Below are positions 18,444 to 26,793 of a stretch of DNA of 64,000 nucleotides, piece by piece. Below the pieces are notes generated by a model. That model had not been told where the DNA came from. It did no database searches and saw nothing but the letters and a program-made list of their open reading frames with translations. Position 1 is the first letter of the stretch. Each line of letters opens with the position of its first letter. The position numbers and the translations under genes are program-made. The DNA comes from Armatimonadota bacterium. Lineage in GTDB: Bacteria > Armatimonadota > SYMT01. Where the stretch lies: positions 416,001-480,000 of the forward strand of contig JAWLHY010000004.1 of NCBI GenBank assembly GCA_041690135.1. The letters are read 5' to 3'.

Positions 18444-20693
18444 TTGCACGCAGTAACGAAACGCACGCCTCTGTACGCGTCCGTCGCTTGTCTGGCCGGC
18501 CTGGCCTTGTTCAGTGCCCCTTTTTCTCGGCCGGCGTCCGCCGCCAACCTGGTCGCTCATAGCGAGCGCCTGGACCTCTGGAGTTCGTGGCGGAACGCGA
18601 AAGTCACCCCGGACGCCACCACCGCGCCCGACGGATCCCAGACCGCCGACGCCGTGGTCGATAACGCCAGCATAGACGGCGCCCGCATGATGGGCGCGTC
18701 GGGGGCCTGGCCGGGAGGCGGCGCCGTCTTCTCCGTCTATTTGAAGTCGGGAACGCTTGGAAAAGCCGTGCTGGCCATCCGCAATGGAGTGAACGGGCCG
18801 CATGTCGCCCTCGGCTTCGTGACCCTCAACGGCTCCTGGCAGCGGTTCTGGGTCCGGTCCGCAACACTGCCCGCCGGCGCCACGCTAGTGCCCGAGATCC
18901 ACGCCGGCGTCTATGACCGCGACCACGGTTATGTTTACGCCTGGGGTGCTCAGTTGGAGCCCGGCTCTACTCCCTCGGCCTACGAGGGCATGAACGATAC
19001 GGCGCCCTCACCGACCGACAGTACGCCTCCGACGGTTCCGGGAAGCCTCTCGGCGAGCCTGTCGAGCGGCAAGGTGGTCCTTGGTTGGAGCCCCAGTTCG
19101 GGCGCGCCGACCTCCTACCGGATCGAGCGCGGCGTCAATTCCACCTCTGCGTTCAGCCAGCTCGCCACTGTTTCCACGCCCGGTTACACGGATGGCGCGG
19201 TGAGCTCCGGCAACACCTACAGCTACCGCGTGAAGGCGGTGGACGCCGCCGGCAACGTCAGCGGCGCCTCCAACACGGCCAGCGTTACCGTATCCACGGC
19301 CGTGACGACCCCGCCCCCTCCCACGAACTCCGGCGCGCTGAACGTGGTGAACTACGGCGCCAGCACGGCGGACGGCAACGATGACAGCACCGCGATCCAG
19401 AAGGCCTTCGACGCCGCCGTCTCCCAGGGTAAGGACGTCTACTTCCCGGCGGGTCATTACGACCTCTCGCGGACGGTGGTCTTCCGCGCCTCCGGCCGCA
19501 CCGTCTTCGGCGACGGCATGACAAAGTCGGTCATCGCCGGCAACACCAGCTCCATCTCCCTCCTGCGGCTGGAGAAGACCCAGAACTCGGTGGTTCGTGA
19601 CCTGCGCTTCGACGGCAGCCTGGTGAACAGCCAGCACGTGAACATCGGGCGAGCCATCGAGTGTTACCTGACCGTCGGCACGATGGTCCAGCGGGTCCAC
19701 AGCTACGGCACGGGCTACCTGGTGCAGGACAACAGCGCCACCTCGACCACCATCGAGGACAGCGTTTGCCAGGACTACGGCCGCATCGGTTACCTGCCGG
19801 GAGCGGGGGGAGTGGTCCGCCGCACGCGCTTCGTCTGCCGCCCTTCCTGGGTGTTCGAAGGCAACATGAACGGCGTCTACGTTTCCGCCGGTCGTGGGGA
19901 CGTGCTGGTGGAAGACAGTGAGTTCATCCACTGCGGCGCCTATGCGATGACGATCTGGGGCTCGGCCGCCGGAACCTGGATGGAAGACGTCACGATCCGG
20001 AACAACCGCTTCCAGGACTGTGACAAAGCGTTCGTCGTGGCCGCCGGCGGCGACGGGCCGAACATCCGCAAGGTCCAGTTCATCAACAACACGGTCCGCA
20101 ACTGCGGTGAGAAGAGCATCCACGTCGGCAAGTTCAACGGCAGCAACAGCGGCGGCACCGCGCTGATCATCGACGGCAACGTGTTCGAAGATGCCGGCAA
20201 CGACATGAGCATCTTCATCACCAACTGGGCCGGAACCGCCCCCATCAGCGGCGTGCGGGTGAGCAACAACAAGTTCCTCGCTCCCAACAAGTCCGCCTAC
20301 TATGGGCTCTGGGTCAAGCAGAACGGCGCCGCGCTCTCCGACATCCTCATCGAGAACAACACCTTCTCCGACATCGGCCACTACGGCACAGCGGAGAAGG
20401 GACACTGCGGCATCTACATGCAGACCGGAACCGCGACTATCCGCGGGAACACCTTCACCTTCTGGTCGAACACGGGTCAGTCCCGCACCACCGAAGGGAT
20501 CCGGATGGATGGCGGTGCCCGGGGGGTGCTGGTCGCGAACAACCAGTTCCTCGGCAACGGAGCCCCCAACACCCACGGCTTCCGCATGACGAGTTCCGGC
20601 AGCAGCACGCACGGCAGCGTGGCGAACAACCTGTTCCGCCGCGCACGGCTCACGGCGAATGGAGTGCCGACCTCCGGGAATACCGTGGAGTAA
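18444..20693 (+). CDS. Secreted modular protein, paralog 3: signal peptide, jelly-roll, 1x FN3, beta-helix
   Basis: AGGAG RBS plus TTG; signal ending PASA-ANLV; WGAQLE; one FN3; LNVVNYGA...DDSTAIQ...VYFPAG. Confidence 0.9.
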   Translation: MHAVTKRTPLYASVACLAGLALFSAPFSRPASAANLVAHSERLDLWSSWRNAKVTPDATTAPDGSQTADAVVDNASIDGARMMGASGAWPGGGAVFSVYLKSGTLGKAVLAIRNGVNGPHVALGFVTLNGSWQRFWVRSATLPAGATLVPEIHAGVYDRDHGYVYAWGAQLEPGSTPSAYEGMNDTAPSPTDSTPPTVPGSLSASLSSGKVVLGWSPSSGAPTSYRIERGVNSTSAFSQLATVSTPGYTDGAVSSGNTYSYRVKAVDAAGNVSGASNTASVTVSTAVTTPPPPTNSGALNVVNYGASTADGNDDSTAIQKAFDAAVSQGKDVYFPAGHYDLSRTVVFRASGRTVFGDGMTKSVIAGNTSSISLLRLEKTQNSVVRDLRFDGSLVNSQHVNIGRAIECYLTVGTMVQRVHSYGTGYLVQDNSATSTTIEDSVCQDYGRIGYLPGAGGVVRRTRFVCRPSWVFEGNMNGVYVSAGRGDVLVEDSEFIHCGAYAMTIWGSAAGTWMEDVTIRNNRFQDCDKAFVVAAGGDGPNIRKVQFINNTVRNCGEKSIHVGKFNGSNSGGTALIIDGNVFEDAGNDMSIFITNWAGTAPISGVRVSNNKFLAPNKSAYYGLWVKQNGAALSDILIENNTFSDIGHYGTAEKGHCGIYMQTGTATIRGNTFTFWSNTGQSRTTEGIRMDGGARGVLVANNQFLGNGAPNTHGFRMTSSGSSTHGSVANNLFRRARLTANGVPTSGNTVE

Positions 20694-20769
20694 GAGTGCG
20701 AGCAGGAGCGCGCAAAAGGAAGAGTAAGAGTTAAAAGTAAGAGTAAGAGACTGGGGGCGATGATCCCCG

Positions 20770-20801
20770 CGCCAGGCCGTAAGGCCTGGCGTTTCTTTTT
20801 T
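20770..20801 (+). terminator. Intrinsic terminator
   Basis: CGCCAGGCC-gtaa-GGCCTGGCG-TTTCTTTTTT. Confidence 0.92.
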
Positions 20802-21423
20802 CACCAGTGGGTCACTGGTAACGCAAGTTCCGATTGCCTGGCGATCGGGACAGCCCCTGCCCTGGCACCTACAGATGTAGGGTAGGATACTCCGTCACCG
20901 CCTGGTCTTGCGCTTGCACCCGTTATTCCGGGTGCGACTCCGCTCCCACCTCAGGGCCCCAACTTCGCGGGGTAACCGTCGCAATTCCCCGCACCCCATG
21001 CATCCCTCCGCTCACCGGGTTGAGTACCCCTTCGGCAGGGGGTCCTGACCGAACCAGGAGGGCGGTATGCAGATGTACACTCCGACCAGCGACCTTCCGC
21101 CGTCCGGCACCTCATTCAAGCGTTGTAATTCAATCATTGTATTTTTCTGTTTAGATGTGCAATCACGTAGGTAGACTAAGGCGTTTCCCGTTCATCAGCG
21201 CCTGTACGGGTGGCCCACACCCACTCGCGCCGGTGGGAGCCCTCCGAGTACCGTGCACACCCGTGCCCGCTCGCCGCCGGCTCCGGGTCCCCGCAAGTAA
21301 AGTCCGCGAGCACGGAAGCTCTCGGACAAGCAAGCAACCGTTAGTAATGCAATCGACCACGTGCCCGAGGTCGTTCCGCGCAATGCGTGCGCGGCGAAGC
21401 CTCCCGGAAGAGGAAAACGATCG

Positions 21424-23916
21424 ATGCAATCCGTACTGGCTAAACGCCTCCTCCTTGTCTTTGGACTCGGCTTCGCGTGCTTGCCGCTATCCCGACCGCT
21501 CTCGGCCCAGGTTACCTCCCCTTCGCGTCCGGCCCAGACACTAAGCACCACCAGCACGACGGTTCATGATCCATCCCGAACCGGATACTACGATCCCATC
21601 TCCTTCTGGTGGGGCGTCATCCTGGGCGATCCGAATGCGCTGATCGACACCGGCATGGGCTACAACCCGTACGTCCACTACGACCCCTACGGCCGTCCGA
21701 TCGGCGAGTGGTTCCCGGTGGCGCCTCCCCCGCCGAACCCGGACCCCTTACCGGTCCCGGTGATCGAGGGGCCGTCTCTTCCCGGAGACGATTCGCCCGT
21801 CTACGCCCCTCCGGGGGCCTATCCGGACCCCGGCACCACCCCCCCGCCCGTTATCGTCCAACCACCCTACCTCGATCCCACGTACGTGGAACCTCCCTAC
21901 TATTGGGATGATTGGGAATTCTCCATGCCCCAGACACCTGCGGGGCTGACGGCAAATCCCGGGCTGGAGAACAGTATCTTTCTCGATTGGGAGGACAATC
22001 CGGAACCGGACCTCGCCTCTTACCAGGTGTGGCGCAGCACGAACCCCGAAACGGGGTTCGCACTGGTGGCACAGGTCGGGGTGAGCCACTACCTCGACAC
22101 CACCACCGAGCCGGGCGTGGAGTACTGGTACATGGTGGCCGCGGTAGACTTCGTCGGCTACATCAGCGGGACTTGCGAGCCCGTATCGGCCACGGCATCC
22201 AGTACTTCGGTCAGGCCGTCCGCGCCCACCGGACTAACCGCCGAACCCAGTGCCGTTTCGGTTGTGTTGCGCTGGCAGCACAGCCCGGATGCCAACGTCG
22301 TGGGCTACATCGTCGAGCGCAGCGACGGTACGCCGGACAACTGGGCCTCCGTCGGCCGTACGACCGCCGCCACCTTCACGGACGCCAACGTGACTCCAGG
22401 GGCGACCTACTACTACCGGGTGGTCGCCGTAACCGAAGACGGTCAGATGAGCGAGCCTTCCAACGAGGTGCAGGTCCAGGTTCCGGCGAACGGCCCCCCA
22501 ACCGGAGAAGACGAAACGGAGAGCGAACTTCCCCCGCCGCCGTCCACGGGCGGAGCGCTGAACGTCGTGGACTTTGGGGCCAGTCCGGCGCGGACCGGCG
22601 ACGACACCGGTGCGATCCAACGAGCCTTCGACACGGCGCAGTCACAGAATAAGGACGTCTACTTCCCGTCCGGCTACTACTGGATCTCGAAGAAGGTCGT
22701 CTTCCGCGCCGCCGGCCGAACCGTCTTCGGAGACGGCATGACGAAGTCGGTGCTCGCCGGGAACACCGACCGCCACTCGCTGCTGGAGTTGTACCGGGCC
22801 ACGAATGCCGTGGTGCGCGACCTCCGGTTCGAAGGCAGCCTCACGAACGAGCAGGACACGAACATCTGGCCGGCAGTAGAGGTGGCCTCCACCAACGGCG
22901 CCAAGCTCTACCGCAACCACAGCTACGGCACCGGTTACCTGCTCCGCGACTCCGGCGGCACCAACACGCACGTGGAGGAGAATATCTGCGAAGATTACGG
23001 TCGCATCGGCTACCTCATCGGAAGCGGCGCCGTGGTGCGCAACAACCGGTTCGTTTGCCGGCCGTCGTGGGTCTTCGAAGACCAGATGAACGGCATCTAC
23101 GCTTCCGCGGGAAAGCAAAACCTGATCATCGAGAACAATGTGTTCATCCACTGCGGCTCCTACGCCATGACCCTCTGGGGCTCGAAGACCGGTGAATGGA
23201 CGCAGAACATCGTGGTCCAGCAGAACATCTTCGAGGACTGCGATCGCGTGCTGGTGATTGCCTCCAGTGCGACCGGCCCCGGCTACCGCAACGTGAAGTT
23301 CCTCAACAACACGCTGCGGCGCTCCGGCGACAAGAGCATCCACATCGGCAAGTTCAACGGCAGCAACTCCGATGGCTCGGGCCTGGTGATCGACGGCAAC
23401 GTGTTCGAGGACCCCGGTTCCGACATGAGCATCTTCATGACCAACTGGAACGCCAGCGGCCCCATCACGGGGGTGCGGATCTCCAACAACCAGTTCCTGC
23501 ACCCGAACAAGTCGGCCTACCATGGCATCTACATCTGGCAGAACGTCGCGCCGCTGTGGGATGTGATCATCGAAAACAACACCTTCGCGGGCTTCGGCCA
23601 CAACGGCTCCACGGAGAAGGCGCATACCGCCCTCTACCTCCGCTCCGGCAGCGACATCATTGTGCGCGGCAACGAGTTCACGCACTGGGAGGGCGCCGGC
23701 GCGACCTGCGATGTCCACGCCATCAAGATGGATACGGGGGTCCGCAACTCCCGCATCGAGGGCAACACCTTCGTAGGCACCGGAAAGCCCGGCGCGCTGG
23801 GTCTCCGGGTAACCTCGCGGGCCAGCTCCGCCCTCGGCTCGATCACCAACAACGTGTTCCGGAGAGCCCGCCTCATCGACAACGGCGTGCCCTGCTCCGG
23901 CAACACCCTTCAATAA
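21424..23916 (+). CDS. Secreted modular protein, paralog 4: signal peptide, Pro/Tyr/Asp-rich region, 2x FN3, beta-helix
   Basis: MQSVLAKRLLLVFGLGFACLPLSRPLSA-Q; two FN3; LNVVDFGA...DDTGAIQ...VYFPSGYY. Confidence 0.9.
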   Translation: MQSVLAKRLLLVFGLGFACLPLSRPLSAQVTSPSRPAQTLSTTSTTVHDPSRTGYYDPISFWWGVILGDPNALIDTGMGYNPYVHYDPYGRPIGEWFPVAPPPPNPDPLPVPVIEGPSLPGDDSPVYAPPGAYPDPGTTPPPVIVQPPYLDPTYVEPPYYWDDWEFSMPQTPAGLTANPGLENSIFLDWEDNPEPDLASYQVWRSTNPETGFALVAQVGVSHYLDTTTEPGVEYWYMVAAVDFVGYISGTCEPVSATASSTSVRPSAPTGLTAEPSAVSVVLRWQHSPDANVVGYIVERSDGTPDNWASVGRTTAATFTDANVTPGATYYYRVVAVTEDGQMSEPSNEVQVQVPANGPPTGEDETESELPPPPSTGGALNVVDFGASPARTGDDTGAIQRAFDTAQSQNKDVYFPSGYYWISKKVVFRAAGRTVFGDGMTKSVLAGNTDRHSLLELYRATNAVVRDLRFEGSLTNEQDTNIWPAVEVASTNGAKLYRNHSYGTGYLLRDSGGTNTHVEENICEDYGRIGYLIGSGAVVRNNRFVCRPSWVFEDQMNGIYASAGKQNLIIENNVFIHCGSYAMTLWGSKTGEWTQNIVVQQNIFEDCDRVLVIASSATGPGYRNVKFLNNTLRRSGDKSIHIGKFNGSNSDGSGLVIDGNVFEDPGSDMSIFMTNWNASGPITGVRISNNQFLHPNKSAYHGIYIWQNVAPLWDVIIENNTFAGFGHNGSTEKAHTALYLRSGSDIIVRGNEFTHWEGAGATCDVHAIKMDTGVRNSRIEGNTFVGTGKPGALGLRVTSRASSALGSITNNVFRRARLIDNGVPCSGNTLQ

Positions 23917-23942
23917 GGAGCTTCCCTCCGGAAGGAACAACC

Positions 23943-23990
23943 AGAGGGCTCCGGGTGCGATGTGCGCCCGGAGCCCTCTTTCGTTCTCTC
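23943..23990 (+). terminator. Probable intrinsic terminator
   Basis: AGAGGGCTCCGGGTGC-gatgt-GCGCCCGGAGCCCTCT followed by ttcgttctct. Confidence 0.75.
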
Positions 23991-24281
23991 CGTCCCACAA
24001 CAGATGTCACAGCCCTGGGCTCCTGGTGAACGGCCTGCGCTCTGTCCTGGCACCCGCAGAAGTAGGGCGGGGTGTCGGCATCCCTCTGGAAAACCGTGCC
24101 TGGGCAGGTATGTCCACCCACCCTTTGGCGCTTGTCGGTCTCTTGCTCTCAAACAAGCTATCCCCTGGAACTACCTCGTCCCCCAAGCCTGACCAGGCTA
24201 TGCTCAAGTGCCACAACATCGGAATAGGCAGGAGAAGAGCCGTCACCCGTCTCAAATAGGAACCAAGACAAGGAGCAGAAC

Positions 24282-25391
24282 GTGGCCATTTACGACGAAT
24301 TGGGCGTGCGGCGGATCATCAATGCGAACGCGACGCTGACCCGCCTGGGCGGATCGATCCTGGCGCCGGGAGTGGCGGAAGCTATGGCGGAGGCGGGCAC
24401 GGCCTTCGTCTCCATGCCGGAGCTGCAGCGGGAGATCGGCAAGGAGATCGCGCAACTGACCCACAACGAGGCCTGCTTTGTCTCCTCCGGGGCGGCGGCG
24501 GGTCTGACCCTGGTGACCGCGGTCTGCATCGCCGGCCAGGACCCCGAACGCCGCGAGCGCCTGCCGTTCACCGAAGAGTTGAAGAACGAGGTGATCGTCC
24601 ATCGGCACACGCGGGTCGGCTACGACTTCGCTATCCGGATGGCGGGCGTGCGCCTGGTGGAGATCGGGAGCCCCGCCGGGACCACGCCGGAGGAGTTGGA
24701 GGCGGCCATCACGCCGCGGACCGCGGCCTTCTTCTGCTTTCCTCGCATCGAGCTGCAGCGCGGAGAGCTCCCGCTCGAAACGGCGGCCGAGATCTGCCAT
24801 GCGCGCGGCGTACCGGTGATCGTGGATGCCGCGGCCCAGTTGCCGCCCCGCAGCAATCTCTGGACGTTCACCCAGCGCGGCGCCGATGCCGCGATCTTCA
24901 GCGGCGGCAAGGGCCTCCGCGGACCCCAGTCCACGGGGCTCGTGCTCGGCAAGCAGTGGATCGTGGACGGCTGCGCCTTCCACGCCCCGCCGAACCCGTT
25001 CATCGGCCGGGGGATGAAGGTCGGCAAAGAAGAGCTATGCGGTCTCCTCGCCGCCGTCCGCTGGTACCTCGCCCACGACGAAGAAGCGGAAATCGCCTTT
25101 CAGGAACGCGCCGTGGCGGAAGTGGTCCACGCCTTCGAGGGTCACCCCCACGTTCGGGCGCGGCGCCTCTGGCCAGGCGAGGCCGGACAGCCGATGCCCC
25201 GGGCGGAGCTGGAGCTGGACGAAGCCGCCCTCGGTCGCAGCCGCGATCAGGTCCTGGAGCAGCTCCTCGCCGGCGACCCACCGGTCGACCTGGCCCCTGG
25301 AAATGGCCCCACCCTCTGGTTCAGCCCCCACACCCTCACCGAAGCGGAGGTCGGCATCGTCATCGACCGCCTGCAAGAGGCTCTGGGATAG
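24282..25391 (+). CDS. PLP-dependent SelA-like / DgaE-family enzyme
   Basis: IYDELGVRRIINA..T.LGGS, SGAAAGL, PVIVDAAAQ, FSGGKGLRGPQSTG, IGRGMKVGKEE; AAGGAG RBS. Confidence 0.88.
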   Translation: MAIYDELGVRRIINANATLTRLGGSILAPGVAEAMAEAGTAFVSMPELQREIGKEIAQLTHNEACFVSSGAAAGLTLVTAVCIAGQDPERRERLPFTEELKNEVIVHRHTRVGYDFAIRMAGVRLVEIGSPAGTTPEELEAAITPRTAAFFCFPRIELQRGELPLETAAEICHARGVPVIVDAAAQLPPRSNLWTFTQRGADAAIFSGGKGLRGPQSTGLVLGKQWIVDGCAFHAPPNPFIGRGMKVGKEELCGLLAAVRWYLAHDEEAEIAFQERAVAEVVHAFEGHPHVRARRLWPGEAGQPMPRAELELDEAALGRSRDQVLEQLLAGDPPVDLAPGNGPTLWFSPHTLTEAEVGIVIDRLQEALG

Positions 25392-25525
25392 AAGCGGGGT
25401 TAGCGTAGTGGCTCGGGAGCCGCTACAGCGCCGGAAGCAACTCGCAGAACCCAGCCGAGGAGGAAGGGCTCCGTTCATACACACAGGGATTATGTGCCTG
25501 GAAATCGTCCTGGAAACGGTTCGGT

Positions 25526-25551
25526 GTAGGGCAGGCTCTCCGACGCCTGCC
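25526..25551 (+). repeat. REP-like hairpin
   Basis: GTAG-GGCAGGC-tctccgac-GCCTGCC. Confidence 0.65.
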
Positions 25552-25629
25552 TGGTCGTGGTCCCGCACCCGTCGTACCGTGTGAGTTCGCCTCTCCGACG
25601 GAATGCAAGCGTCCTGGTCGAATGAATCA

Positions 25630-26301
25630 CTAACTGCCGCGGCTTCGCAGCAATGCCTGTTCCAACCCGGCACGCGCCTCGGCGGATCGCGGAAACCGGC
25701 GCAGGAAGCACCGGAAGCTCTCCGCGGCCAGATCCGCGTGGCCCATCTGATGCAGCGAGTGGCCGAGAGACAGGTGGAGTTCGGAATTCTGAAACTCAGC
25801 GGATAGGGCCGCACGATAAGCGTTGACCGCTGCCTCGGAGGATCCCTGGCGGTTATAGGCACGCCCCAGGTAGTAATGGGCGTCACCCAGGTCGGCCCGC
25901 AGTTGCAGAGCGTGCCGCAAGGACTCTATCGCCTCCCCGATTTCCCCCAAGCCTAAAGCCGTCCTACCGATACCCAGATAAGTCTCCGCGGAGTTCGAAC
26001 CGAGGTCCAAAGCCTTCCGGTAGGTGTTATGGGCCTTGAAATTCAGGTCCAGCGCCAGGTCGTGGAAACCAGCGAGCGAGTCCGCCTCGCGCTCGAAAGC
26101 CTCTGCAAGTCGTAGTTGGAAGGCGGCATTCCGGGGAGCCAGGCTTACGGCTAACTGCCAGGCAGGCACAGGCGCCAATATCGCGAACCCGAACCAGGGC
26201 AGCGTGATCACCCCGATGAGGAGGACCAGCCACTTTCCCTGTCGGACTACGGAACGCATTGGGAGACATCCCCAGGTAAGCGAGCGACCTTGTCGTAGCA
26301 A
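25630..26301 (-). CDS. TPR-repeat protein with N-terminal membrane anchor
   Basis: TM segment then TPRs (AETYLGIG, DAHYYLGRAY, ELHLSLGHSL); start uncertain. Confidence 0.8.
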   Translation of the reverse strand: MLRQGRSLTWGCLPMRSVVRQGKWLVLLIGVITLPWFGFAILAPVPAWQLAVSLAPRNAAFQLRLAEAFEREADSLAGFHDLALDLNFKAHNTYRKALDLGSNSAETYLGIGRTALGLGEIGEAIESLRHALQLRADLGDAHYYLGRAYNRQGSSEAAVNAYRAALSAEFQNSELHLSLGHSLHQMGHADLAAESFRCFLRRFPRSAEARAGLEQALLRSRGS

Positions 26302-26532
26302 CGGGCAAGCCGCGCCAGAGTGCTGTGTCGATGTTACCTAGATTGGCACCGAGAATCCATTATGGGTATCTACCCCCAGCTTCGCGGAGGCCAGCCTTGC
26401 GGCGTGGACTCCGTCATGGACCAGAGACGCCGTCCGATAGGGCAGTTGGCTGATACCAGTCCCTGAGGATGGCGAGCCCGCTACGGAAGAGGCTTCTGCC
26501 CCTGTAATCTCCGCCTCGTAATTGGCAGCGGG

Positions 26533-26785
26533 CTCCCCTCTCCCGCAGCGTGTGGGAGAGGTTTACGCCCCGAGGGGGTGGAGCAGGGGTGAGGGCTTCC
26601 TGGGCACCGTACCCGCTAAAGTTAACGCACATGGGGCGGGTAAGGGGGTGAGGGCACCCTGGGCACAGTACGTGCCACGGTCGCCGCACACCCCCATTCT
26701 CATTCGCCCAATTCGCGGATCGCTCGGACAACTGGCGGGCGAGACGCCCGCGCTCCTTGTCATTCGCCCAATTCGCGGATCACCA
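26533..26785. repeat. Composite repeat region: CCCTCTCCC/GGGAGAGG hairpin with 19-nt insert, and a 60-bp-period unit containing GCGGGCGAGACGCCCGC
   Basis: cattcgcccaattcgcggatc at 26701 and 26761; palindrome at 26735-26751. Confidence 0.75.
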
Positions 26786-26793
26786 CTTCACCG

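Noticed and set aside
10254-23916. Prophage tailspike region, or AlgE-type epimerases
   Set aside because: Signal peptides, individual terminators and no phage genes argue against a prophage; the AlgE DPH catalytic motif and RTX R-modules are absent.
10047-24000. Long minus-strand ORFs opposite the array (e.g. 11970-14444, 19008-20804)
   Set aside because: Antisense shadows of GC3-biased genes with no recognisable motifs. The same applies to 41290-43329 and 54914-57019.
24282-25391. Selenocysteine synthase selA / Sec system
   Set aside because: Shorter DgaE-like form; no selB, selC or selD, and no in-frame UGA selenoprotein seen.
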